A stretch of 64,000 bases of DNA from a virus (lineage: Duplodnaviria > Caudoviricetes): the IMG/VR virus record IMGVR_UViG_3300050821_002847, positions 115-64,114 of that record, one strand, 5' to 3'. Numbering within the stretch: position 1 is the first letter of the stretch; every line of letters begins with the position of its first letter. Shown piece by piece: positions 17,801 through 26,796 of this stretch. The notes under the pieces are model-generated. The model saw only the letters and a list, made by a program, of their open reading frames with translations, had not been told where the DNA came from and searched no databases. The position numbers were made by a program, and so were the translations under genes.

Positions 17801-19072
17801 ATGGCTGAACACGTACTAGTGCCCTACAAGCTGGACCCCCACGAGTCCCCCGGAGACCTGCTCCAGCAGCCGATGTCCCGGCAGCAATCCGCTGATATCC
17901 TCGCGGCGTTCCCGAATGGTCCGCAGCGCCAAGACTCTCTCGAATGGACCAACTATGCCTCCGCACTGTACGTCTGCGACCGGGACGCCGAAGCCCTCGT
18001 CGCTGCCGAGCACGCGGTCTCGCTGAATCGCGGCTCGACCGAACTCTTCAACTTAGGTCTCATCCTCGAAGGCTATGGTCGCTTCGTGGACGCGCTGGTG
18101 CTCTACGCCGAGGCCAATCGTACCGACCCAGGGAGCATCTTCGCGGGCGGGGCCTACAGCGACGCGCTCATCCGCCTCGGACGCTGGGACGTGGGCTGGC
18201 CTTACTACGCCCTCTACCACTCCCACTTGACCACTCGCCAAGTCAGCCGCTTGGCCGAAGTAGCGAACCGCCGCATCCTTGTGATCTGCACCGCTGGTGC
18301 CGGGGACAACATCTACCACCTGCGCTGGCTCCAGCACTTTCGCAAGGCCGGATGCTATATCACTATGAAAGGCCCCGCGACGCTGCTCGCGATGCTCGAA
18401 GGCCATCCGTGGATCGACGAGCTTCTACCGGAGCCGCACGACAATAAATCCATCCTATGGCATTGCGACGGTCCTCGGTCGCACTCCAGCAAACTAGGCC
18501 AGCGCATCAACCTTAACGATTTCGACTTCCGTATCTCCACTACCTCGCTCGCCGCGTGCGTGGCTCCCGAACTGGACCCCTCCATCTGGCCGGGGCCATA
18601 CATCGACGGCAGAGCCTCATGGTGGAAAAGGAGCATCCATAGCAGGCGTCCGCGCGTCGGCCTGTGCTGGAAGGCCGGGGAGAAGCTCTTCCCCCGTGCG
18701 CACCGCACCCTGCATCCGAAGCAAGTTGCCCGCATTGTGGCCACTCTGCCTAGCGTCGAATGGATCAGCCTTGTAGTGGATGAGCCTTCCCCTACAGGCG
18801 TCCAGCCGAACAACATCCGCAACTGGGCTGACACCGCGCGGCTTATATCGTCCTGCGACCTTATCGTCTCGGTGGACACCGGAGTCGCGCATCTCGCGGG
18901 AGCCCTCGGCAAGCCAGTCCACATCGTCCTCCCCGGCGCGTCCCCGTGGCCTTACATGCTCGGCGACGCTTACAAACTCGCCTACCCCTCGATGCGAGCC
19001 TATCGCAACCGAGGCCCGGTCATTGGCTCTGCACTCGACGATCTCATCAGGGAGCTTCGATATGCTTTGTAG
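17801..19072 (+). CDS. TPR-containing glycosyltransferase (GT-B, GT9-like)
   Basis: TPR-like helices, GAGDNIYHLRW, CDLIVSVDTGVAHLAGALGKP. Confidence 0.8.
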   Translation: MAEHVLVPYKLDPHESPGDLLQQPMSRQQSADILAAFPNGPQRQDSLEWTNYASALYVCDRDAEALVAAEHAVSLNRGSTELFNLGLILEGYGRFVDALVLYAEANRTDPGSIFAGGAYSDALIRLGRWDVGWPYYALYHSHLTTRQVSRLAEVANRRILVICTAGAGDNIYHLRWLQHFRKAGCYITMKGPATLLAMLEGHPWIDELLPEPHDNKSILWHCDGPRSHSSKLGQRINLNDFDFRISTTSLAACVAPELDPSIWPGPYIDGRASWWKRSIHSRRPRVGLCWKAGEKLFPRAHRTLHPKQVARIVATLPSVEWISLVVDEPSPTGVQPNNIRNWADTARLISSCDLIVSVDTGVAHLAGALGKPVHIVLPGASPWPYMLGDAYKLAYPSMRAYRNRGPVIGSALDDLIRELRYAL

Positions 19073-20231
19073 ATCATGCGGCGCGGCAACCACTCCCGTT
19101 CTATCCCTTGGCGAGATGCCCTTGGCCAACCATCTTCTCTCGCACCCAATGCACCCCTGTGCCCGCTACCCTCTGGACCTAGAGTTCTGCCCGGAGTGTA
19201 AACTAGGCCAACTCGCAGAGATAGTCCAGCCGCCGCTGATGTTCACTGACTACCCTTACTATTCCAGCGTATCCGCGCCGACGGTCACAGCCGCGAATGA
19301 CTTGGCCCTAGATGTATGCTCGCAACTCGGCACTGGCAAGCTCGACAAGGAATCTCTCGTCGTAGAAGTAGGCTCGAACGACGGCTACCTGCTCTCCGCC
19401 TACAAGAACTACGGCATTCCCGTGCTGGGTATCGACCCCGCTTCCGGCCCCGCGAACGCCGCTGCTCTCAAAGGCATCCCCACAGTGCAAGACTTCTTCG
19501 GCCTGAGCCTCGCCAAGCGCATGCCCAAGGCTGACGTGATCCACGCACACAACGTTCTCGCGCACGTCCCGGACCTTAACGATTTCGTGGCAGGGATCGC
19601 GGAGATGCTCAAGCCGGATGGGATGGTCGTCGTGGAGGCCCCCTATCTCGGCGACCTCGTGGACAAGTGTGCCTTCGACACGATCTACGCGGAACATGAT
19701 TACTATTTCTCGGTGACGGCGGCGATGCAGCTATTTCTACGTCATGGAATGCTGATGAACTCAGCGAAGAGAATCCCCGCGCATGGCGGCTCATTGCGCC
19801 TATGTTTCTCAAAGAAACTCGTAACCGGCATGACGTGGCCCAAGGAGTCCTTCGACTTCTCCGAGATGGCCGGTCGTATGAAGTCTATCGCCTGCGGCCT
19901 CCAGGACTTCCTCGTGTACGCTCACAGCCGTCACAAGCGCGTGTGGGGCTTTGGTGCCGCCGCGAAGGCAACCGTCATGCTGAACTACTGTGGCATCGAC
20001 ACCACGCTCATCGAATCCATCGCCGACGGCACTCCCGCAAAGATCGGCAAATATATCCCCGGCACGGGAATCCGCATCGCGCATCCGCAGGACTGGCTTG
20101 AGGCGCAGCCGGACTACACCTGTATCTTCGCGTGGAATTATGCCAATGAGATTTGCCATCGCTACGCCAAGGACTATCGCGGGATAATGTTTACACCATA
20201 TATTACCCCGAGCGTGGAGGTAAGCGCGTGA
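19062..20231 (+). CDS. NDP-sugar C-methyltransferase-like SAM methyltransferase
   Basis: Start ATG 19062; CRSC..CPEC Zn site, VEVGSNDG, HNVLAHVPD, HGGSLR, GAAAKA, FAWNY. Confidence 0.85.
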   Translation: MLCRSCGAATTPVLSLGEMPLANHLLSHPMHPCARYPLDLEFCPECKLGQLAEIVQPPLMFTDYPYYSSVSAPTVTAANDLALDVCSQLGTGKLDKESLVVEVGSNDGYLLSAYKNYGIPVLGIDPASGPANAAALKGIPTVQDFFGLSLAKRMPKADVIHAHNVLAHVPDLNDFVAGIAEMLKPDGMVVVEAPYLGDLVDKCAFDTIYAEHDYYFSVTAAMQLFLRHGMLMNSAKRIPAHGGSLRLCFSKKLVTGMTWPKESFDFSEMAGRMKSIACGLQDFLVYAHSRHKRVWGFGAAAKATVMLNYCGIDTTLIESIADGTPAKIGKYIPGTGIRIAHPQDWLEAQPDYTCIFAWNYANEICHRYAKDYRGIMFTPYITPSVEVSA

Positions 20232-21151
20232 ACGTCGGCGGTCCACTGGCTGGAGTCGTATTCGTCTCAACTGGCGGCTACAAAATGATGCGTGCGCTGC
20301 GCTCGTTCCGGCGTGCAGAACCTTCGTTGCGGGTGCATATCGCCCTCGCTACTTCTAGCCGCGTGTGGGACCAGAACAACGCTGCCGTACCATTCACTGA
20401 ATTTGAGAAGCAGCCGGGAGTCCTTACACGCCAGATCAGCAGCAACGGTTATATCAACGGGTGCTTCAACGAGGCCGTCAAGTGGATGCGTGAGTACGAC
20501 TATACGCACGTGTGCTGTCTACACGACGACACGGTGTTCTCGCCACTGCCCGACCCCGAACCATTGTCACAGTGGCTGGAATACGCGGCAGACTGCGTAG
20601 GCGTAGACAGTTCTGGCTGGACGCTTAGCTCTATGGAAGCTCTCGTTCATCCGCCCCCTGAGAACTCCGGCTATTGGCACCGCCCGCCCGAGTTCTGGGA
20701 CTCGCGCGATCTTGAATCCCCCGAAGTATGGCAGCGCATGTGCCCCGGCGGTCGCTCGGCGATGTACTTTGGCTCGGAAGGCTCAGCCGATGGCGTCTCG
20801 CTCGGCGACTGGTTCGTCAAATACTTCGCTACCGAGCACATCGCGACAATCTCGCGCCTCGGCCCTTGCGGATTCATTATCCCCGTCGCAACGTGGGAAG
20901 CCGTCGGAGGCTTCGGCGAGACCGAGGGCATCTTCTACGACATGGAGTACCCGGTCCTGTGCGCGCTGCGCGGACTCCCGCCCGTGAAGGTAATCCCCAA
21001 TACGCCGTTCCTCCATATTCATTGCCAGTCCACTATCGGCGACCCGGCGGTAGGCATCTGGGAGCACGACTTTGAGTCGTTCAAGTCAAAGTACGGCGGC
21101 AGAGATCCCGGAACAGTCCTGCGCGAATTGCCAAGCGGGGGAGGATATTGA
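20228..21151 (+). CDS. Glycosyltransferase family 2-like protein
   Basis: GTG 20228; CCLHDD (DxD-like), WEAVGGFGE...YDMEY. Confidence 0.65.
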   Translation: MNVGGPLAGVVFVSTGGYKMMRALRSFRRAEPSLRVHIALATSSRVWDQNNAAVPFTEFEKQPGVLTRQISSNGYINGCFNEAVKWMREYDYTHVCCLHDDTVFSPLPDPEPLSQWLEYAADCVGVDSSGWTLSSMEALVHPPPENSGYWHRPPEFWDSRDLESPEVWQRMCPGGRSAMYFGSEGSADGVSLGDWFVKYFATEHIATISRLGPCGFIIPVATWEAVGGFGETEGIFYDMEYPVLCALRGLPPVKVIPNTPFLHIHCQSTIGDPAVGIWEHDFESFKSKYGGRDPGTVLRELPSGGGY

Positions 21152-21756
21152 TGGCGTTCCCGGACGTGTCGGAGGTCCTGCGCGGCGATGCGCTGCTCGC
21201 GGAGGACTTGGTCTGGACGAAGCAGATCGGCGAGAAGGAGCGGCTTGCGGAGGACCTATGCAACGCTCCATTTCGCACCGTTTTAGAGATCGGCTGTGGG
21301 ACTGGCCTCTACGCAAGGATTCTACAGGACGCCTTCTCGATAGTCCCTATAGTTTACTTAGGCATAGACAGCAACCCGGAAGCGTTGGATATGGCTAAGG
21401 CTCGGAACCCTAGTACGCGATTCCTCCAGCGTGATTTTAGAGACTACGACTCGAAGATGACGTGGGACCTCGTCTGCGCTCACGCCTTCCTGAAGCACTT
21501 CAGCGCCGACGAATGGCCGCCACTGTTCGCTAAGTTCCTCTCCCTTGGACGCATCGCACAGTTCGACATGCAGACCGCTGCCGAGACTTTCAACAATGGC
21601 TCCCTGACCTTCGGCAACAACCTGTGGGTCGCGGAGTCGCTGTTCTCTGCATCGCTCGCCGAGGCAGGCCATGTAATCAAATCCTCGCGCATCGCATGGC
21701 AGCAGGACGACCGCAAGGCGACCATCTACTTGACGGAGAAGTGCGATGCTGCCTGA
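21151..21756 (+). CDS. Class I SAM-dependent methyltransferase
   Basis: VLEIGCGTG, YLGIDSN, WDLV. Confidence 0.85.
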   Translation: MAFPDVSEVLRGDALLAEDLVWTKQIGEKERLAEDLCNAPFRTVLEIGCGTGLYARILQDAFSIVPIVYLGIDSNPEALDMAKARNPSTRFLQRDFRDYDSKMTWDLVCAHAFLKHFSADEWPPLFAKFLSLGRIAQFDMQTAAETFNNGSLTFGNNLWVAESLFSASLAEAGHVIKSSRIAWQQDDRKATIYLTEKCDAA

Positions 21757-22288
21757 GTTCATGCAAGCACCCTGTGGTCAGCGCGAGCCCGAGTTTATGG
21801 CGTGGGCCGCGCTCGTGCGCGCCTACGACTGCCAGTCCTACGTCGAACTGGGCACTGGCCATGCGGACTACATAACCAAGCTAGGCGTCCCATCCGTGAT
21901 TGCCGTGGACATCAACAATGACGAAGGCCGTGTGAACCACAACGGCGTCCGCTACGTTCGCGGCGACTCCCACGACCCGCGCACCCTCGACCGCGTGCTG
22001 CATCTGCTCGGCGATCTCCCCGACGTCGTCTTCATCGACGCCGACCACGATGGCGACGCGCCGCGCCTTGACTTCGACCTCTGGTATCCGGTCGCGCAGA
22101 AGCTTGTCGGCTTCCACGACATTCTCATCCCGAATATCGAGCTTAATATCTGGCCGCAGATCGCGCTCGCGCACCCGTCGGCGAAGATCATCGCCTGCGA
22201 CCGGGCGTCCGCGCTCGCGTGGCAAGGCCCCGGCGCGCCGCAGGACGGCGTGCTCTCGGGCGGTGGGATTGGAGTCGTGTTTAAGTGA
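21746..22288 (+). CDS. SAM methyltransferase (Methyltransf_24-like)
   Basis: YVELGT, GDSHD, DVVFIDADH, VGFHDI. Confidence 0.8.
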   Translation: MLPEFMQAPCGQREPEFMAWAALVRAYDCQSYVELGTGHADYITKLGVPSVIAVDINNDEGRVNHNGVRYVRGDSHDPRTLDRVLHLLGDLPDVVFIDADHDGDAPRLDFDLWYPVAQKLVGFHDILIPNIELNIWPQIALAHPSAKIIACDRASALAWQGPGAPQDGVLSGGGIGVVFK

Positions 22289-22698
22289 GACTGACTGAGC
22301 TAGAGCCACGGTGTATTCGTTATGAAACTAGGGTAGAGAAGCGTACGTTCTGCTTAGGAGATGTGGCTACATGGAAGGACGGAGACCCGACTGAGGAGCG
22401 CGTTGTCCCGGTACGTTATGAGATTAGGGTGGACTCCTTCAGCGAGGCGCAAGGAATTGTGTTCTTATGTCCACTGTGCTTTGCTAAGAATAGCGGATCA
22501 GTAGGCACGCACTGGTGCTCTGTGTCATTTGCGGAGCGAGGTGTTAGTTCTGACGAAGGGACCCACAACTCTGAGGGTAGTCCTGTTCGTTGGAACGTCA
22601 GTGGAGATAGCTTCGACAATTTGTCTACGACTCCTTCGATACTGCTTCAGGGTGGCTGTAACTGGCATGGCTATATAACCAACGGCGAGGTCCAATGA
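22285..22698 (+). CDS. DUF6527-like Cys/His protein
   Basis: FLCPLC...H...W...NLSTTPSILL..GCNWHGYITNGE. Confidence 0.6.
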   Translation: MRLTELEPRCIRYETRVEKRTFCLGDVATWKDGDPTEERVVPVRYEIRVDSFSEAQGIVFLCPLCFAKNSGSVGTHWCSVSFAERGVSSDEGTHNSEGSPVRWNVSGDSFDNLSTTPSILLQGGCNWHGYITNGEVQ

Positions 22699-23243
22699 CG
22701 ACGACCATCCCCTACACCGACCTCTGCTCGCTCGCCGACAAGCACGGCACCGACAAGCGCCCCGAGCCGAAGGGCCACGGCTATACCCACTATTATCACT
22801 CGCTGTTCGGCGAGCGCCGCGACAAGGTGCGAAAGGTCCTAGAAATCGGCATCGACGTGGGCGCGTCGCTGCGGATGTGGGAGGAGTATTTCCCCAACGC
22901 TAAAATCTACGCGCTGGACGCCGACCCTGCGCGATTCATCAATAAAGGACGAGTCCGATCCTTCCAGTGCGATCAGGGGAATATAGAGTCTATCCGAGGA
23001 GTTAAATTTTGGCTAGATAGGAACTTCGACTTCATCATCGACGACGGCTCGCATGTCTCCGGGCATCAAGTTGCCTCTGCGTTAGAACTCGTGCCGCTAT
23101 TGGCTCCTGGTGGAATCTACGTTATCGAAGACGTTCCGCACCCAGCCGAAGTGACCTCGCAACTCCCTTTCCCCTGCGAGGTCCACGAGTTCGACATTCG
23201 CCGCGACCCCTACAGCCGACTGGTGGTCATCCATGGCCGCTAG
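22695..23243 (+). CDS. SAM O-methyltransferase (sugar O-MTase-like)
   Basis: HGTDK...HGY, VLEIGID.GASLRMW, FDFIIDDGSH, GGIYVIED. Confidence 0.85.
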   Translation: MTTTIPYTDLCSLADKHGTDKRPEPKGHGYTHYYHSLFGERRDKVRKVLEIGIDVGASLRMWEEYFPNAKIYALDADPARFINKGRVRSFQCDQGNIESIRGVKFWLDRNFDFIIDDGSHVSGHQVASALELVPLLAPGGIYVIEDVPHPAEVTSQLPFPCEVHEFDIRRDPYSRLVVIHGR

Positions 23244-23895
23244 TCCTGCCATCGTCCGTCCCATTGACACCGCGAGCGACGCCGCCGCCTCGATCAATCG
23301 CATCTATCGAACCCTCGCCTACGACCATCGGCCTTACCTTGACCCTCACGACGAAGCCTTCGCAGCCAAGAACACCGACGACTACAGGAGACGTTATGCC
23401 TGTTTCAAATACGCAGTTGCTAAAGTCCTACGCCCGCAAACCATCATCGAGATCGGCGTTGGCTCTGGCGTTTCGGCCCTCGCATTTCTACACGCTCGCC
23501 CTAATCTTCGCTATGTTGGCCTCGACATCGGCGAGTGGGACACGCGGCTCGGCAAGCCGTTCCTGCAAACCATGAGTGCGAAGCTCTCGGCGCTACGGTT
23601 CGATTACCAGATCATCGAAGGCGACAGCCAGCAGGTGAATAAACTGCCGGAGTGCGACCTCGTGCACATCGACGGCAACCATTCCTCCGAGGCCGTCTAC
23701 CACGATATGTTGTCCGCGTGGGCCAGCGGTGCGAAATGGATTCTCTGCGACGATGCCTGCGACCCGGCGGTGGGGGCGGGGATATTTCGTGCCTTACAAG
23801 TCGGCCTCGACCGAGGGAGCGTGGACTGGGCGTACTTCCCTGATACGTGGGCGGGAGATATTCTGATTCGCACGGACCATAGGAGAGAAGAGTGA
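23233..23895 (+). CDS. SAM methyltransferase (Methyltransf_24-like)
   Basis: IIEIGVGSGVS, GDSQ, DLVHIDGNH, ILCDD. Confidence 0.8.
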   Translation: MAASPAIVRPIDTASDAAASINRIYRTLAYDHRPYLDPHDEAFAAKNTDDYRRRYACFKYAVAKVLRPQTIIEIGVGSGVSALAFLHARPNLRYVGLDIGEWDTRLGKPFLQTMSAKLSALRFDYQIIEGDSQQVNKLPECDLVHIDGNHSSEAVYHDMLSAWASGAKWILCDDACDPAVGAGIFRALQVGLDRGSVDWAYFPDTWAGDILIRTDHRREE

Positions 23896-24881
23896 AATTC
23901 CTACTCCCACAAGGAATCGGCGATAGTGTCTGGGCGATTCACAAGGTGCAGTCTATCGCGGCTAAGCTAGGCGATGGACGCATCGACATTCTTCTATCTG
24001 GTGGGACACATCAGATCGAAACCCGTGCACTAGACTTCGTGCGCCGATTCTCCTTCGTAGACTCAGCAGAGATGCGCCCTTATTCAGTACATCCTAAAGT
24101 CCCCGTGTCTCCTGAGGGCCAATATAATTACATCCAGGATGGCATGTACGACTTCCCCGACAACACCGGCTGGCGCGTCGAGCGTTGCTGCGCGCTAATG
24201 CCTAACGGACCACTCGAACGTGGTATCCGCCTTGAAGATTGGCTACCGCAATATGAGATCAACTGGGACATCTGGAAGGACTTTCGCATCTCCTCCGAGG
24301 AGACTCGCTTCGCCATCGACCTCCACGCGGCCATTGGTGACTATGCCGTGTTCTATCTCGGCCCGCTCACTGGCAACACCATCGACGGCCACAATCGCGG
24401 CCCGCTATGGACTCCGCAGGACTGGCTAGCACTCGGACGCCACGTCCACCAGCACTGCGGCCTTAAAATCGTGGTCGTTGGTGCACCCTACGACGCTTCC
24501 TATTTCGACACGATGATCGGCCCGCAACTGAATGGCGACACGCCCTTCTGGATCAACCTAATTGGCAAGACCTCCATCGGCCAACTCTACGCCGTGACCT
24601 CCCGAGCGCGATTCGTGCTCTCCTATCAATCCGGCGTGGGCATCGTCTCGACCTATCTCGGCACACCCACAGGCATCTTCTGGCGTCCACGCGGCGACTC
24701 CATCAGCCCGTCGCGCTACCTGTCTTTCGAGGAGCGTATGGCCTCGGCGTGGGTGCCCCCGAGCGTCCTCCAGTCCGGGAGACATCTGCCGCTGATATAC
24801 GGTAGGCATGGACTAGCTTATATTAAGAAGGAGATCGACGCGCACGGGTGGAATAGAAAGAGAGCATGGGGCGACATATGA
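23892..24881 (+). CDS. Glycosyltransferase (GT-B, GT9-like)
   Basis: PQGIGDSVW start; INLIGKTSI.QL...ARFVLSYQSG. Confidence 0.7.
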   Translation: MKFLLPQGIGDSVWAIHKVQSIAAKLGDGRIDILLSGGTHQIETRALDFVRRFSFVDSAEMRPYSVHPKVPVSPEGQYNYIQDGMYDFPDNTGWRVERCCALMPNGPLERGIRLEDWLPQYEINWDIWKDFRISSEETRFAIDLHAAIGDYAVFYLGPLTGNTIDGHNRGPLWTPQDWLALGRHVHQHCGLKIVVVGAPYDASYFDTMIGPQLNGDTPFWINLIGKTSIGQLYAVTSRARFVLSYQSGVGIVSTYLGTPTGIFWRPRGDSISPSRYLSFEERMASAWVPPSVLQSGRHLPLIYGRHGLAYIKKEIDAHGWNRKRAWGDI

Positions 24882-26404
24882 GACGGCTGCTCTGTATAGC
24901 ACTATGGGTGCTCGTCGCGCTCGTAGTCCCATCGGTCGCGATGGCGAACCAATCCGTGACTGGCTGGTGCGAGACTGGAGCCATCGCCGTAGTCACCTCT
25001 GGCTTGCAGAGCAGCAATCAAGTCCAAGGCTCCTTCCCACAGTGCCAAGTGGAGGTCTTGGTCCATGGCGGAGGCATCGCGACCATCTTCGCAGATAACC
25101 TCAACACGCCTCTCGCAAATCCGTTTCTCGCAAACACTATCGGGCAATTTTCATTCTATGGAAATAATGGGCGCTACGATATCGTCCTATCAGGGGGCGG
25201 GAATGGGGGACTGCCTTCCCCCGTGACCATCTCCGACGTTCTTCTGAACGACCCCTTCCAAGAGATTAGTTCTCTCTGCACCGTGGCCTTCACGCCCACG
25301 CCGACCTTTACGGCGAATCTGTGCTCGATATTCTCAATGACGCTCACTGGCAACGTAACCTCCAGCGGTATCTCCGGCGCACTCACTGGACAGGTTATCT
25401 CGTTCAATATCACAAATTGCATGGGGAGCCCCTGTACGCTTGCATGGCCGTCGAACTTCTTTAATCCTCCATTGCTGACACCTATCGCGGGAGCCTCCGA
25501 ACAATTCACCTTCGCGCTGCTCGCCGATGGCAACTGGCACTCTATGAGCGTCGGCGAGTCCATGGTCTTCGACACAGGAGTCAACGGGAACGTCCTGCGC
25601 ATCAATGGCGTCACGATAAACGCCATCACGGGCACTGGCGCGAACGTACTGGCGACCTCTCCGACCATTATCACCGCGATTCTGACTACTCCAGCCATCA
25701 GCAATCCAACGATCACCGGGACCGTCGCGGGAGGGGCGACTTACACCGCGCCGACACTCACCAGCCCGACGATCACCGGCACCGTGGCAGGCGGCGCGAG
25801 CTACACCGCGCCCACGCTCACAGGCACAATCGGAGGAGGGGCTACCTACACTAGCATAACGCTGCCGAATCCGACCTCTACGGGCACCGACGTGGGCTCC
25901 GAGACTCTCCAGAACAAGGGCCTGATGAGCGCCGCGAACGGGAACAATGTCACGCTCATCTGCCCATTTCAAGGCTCTACTGGAGCGATCACAGGCAATA
26001 GCATGGACCAGTTGCTATGGTCATGCGGCATCCCTGCCAACGTGCTTGGCCCAGGTAAGGGCATTCGTCTACGGGGCAACGTACAACATACTACCGGATC
26101 AGCCGCGCCTAATTTCAAGCTGTCTATTGGCGGAGTCACCTTCTCGGGTCTTGGTGGCACTGGCTCCACCAATGGCACTCGTTCCACCCTGATATTTGAA
26201 TTTTTCAACAATGTTGGAGTACAGAACGCGCAGACCGCTGGAGGCTACGGCTTGGACTCTTCTGGAACGTCCACCGCTGGCGTGCTGGGCATGCCTACAA
26301 CGAACTTCGCCACGGGCGGAACGATCACAATCGGAATCACTTTCAACGCCGCTAACACCAATGCAGTCACCGGGGACAGCTTTTGGGGAGAGTTAATTCA
26401 ATAG
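24878..26404 (+). CDS. Tail fibre-like protein with Sec signal peptide
   Basis: ATG 24878 (ATGA overlap); MRRLLCIALWVLVALVVPSVAMA signal; ATIFADN..TPLANPF...GQFSFY..GRYDI anchor-like domain; TLTSPTITG shaft repeats. Confidence 0.65.
   Translation: MRRLLCIALWVLVALVVPSVAMANQSVTGWCETGAIAVVTSGLQSSNQVQGSFPQCQVEVLVHGGGIATIFADNLNTPLANPFLANTIGQFSFYGNNGRYDIVLSGGGNGGLPSPVTISDVLLNDPFQEISSLCTVAFTPTPTFTANLCSIFSMTLTGNVTSSGISGALTGQVISFNITNCMGSPCTLAWPSNFFNPPLLTPIAGASEQFTFALLADGNWHSMSVGESMVFDTGVNGNVLRINGVTINAITGTGANVLATSPTIITAILTTPAISNPTITGTVAGGATYTAPTLTSPTITGTVAGGASYTAPTLTGTIGGGATYTSITLPNPTSTGTDVGSETLQNKGLMSAANGNNVTLICPFQGSTGAITGNSMDQLLWSCGIPANVLGPGKGIRLRGNVQHTTGSAAPNFKLSIGGVTFSGLGGTGSTNGTRSTLIFEFFNNVGVQNAQTAGGYGLDSSGTSTAGVLGMPTTNFATGGTITIGITFNAANTNAVTGDSFWGELIQ
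25690..25860 (+). repeat. Coding tandem repeats (PTITGTVAGGAxYTAPTL)
   Basis: About three imperfect copies in the fibre shaft. Confidence 0.7.
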
Positions 26405-26421
26405 AAGGAGAGGATACGAGA

Positions 26422-26637
26422 ATGGCACGAGAGTTCAACCGTAATCCATGGGAGCACACGGACGAATATATCGACCGGACCTATCCGTCGGGGGTCGCGG
26501 GAGCGCGGCCTAAATTAACCACGAGAATCCGCTGTGAGCCTGACTCCGAGCCATTGGAGTCCGGTAGCGAGAGCGACGACCGCATCGCTGAGTTCAATCG
26601 TCGGCTACGGGCGGGGCACGGCACCGGCGAACGCTAG
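26422..26637 (+). CDS. Hypothetical protein
   Basis: ATG 26422 after GGAGAGG. Confidence 0.6.
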   Translation: MAREFNRNPWEHTDEYIDRTYPSGVAGARPKLTTRIRCEPDSEPLESGSESDDRIAEFNRRLRAGHGTGER

Positions 26638-26796
26638 ATGCCTCTCAGTAAACACTACCAAGGCCACGGGGCCGAGGTCATGGCCTCGATGAAGAAGACT
26701 TACGGGGATGAGGACACGGCGAAGCGTGTCTTCTACGCGACTGAGAATAAGCGTAAGAATGAGAAGAAGAAAGGCCGCAAACGCTCAGGCAAATAA
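26638..26796 (+). CDS. Small basic protein (52 aa)
   Basis: MPLSKH...MKKTYG...KRVFYATENKRKNEKKKGRKRSGK; abuts both neighbours; missing from ORF track. Confidence 0.75.
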   Translation: MPLSKHYQGHGAEVMASMKKTYGDEDTAKRVFYATENKRKNEKKKGRKRSGK

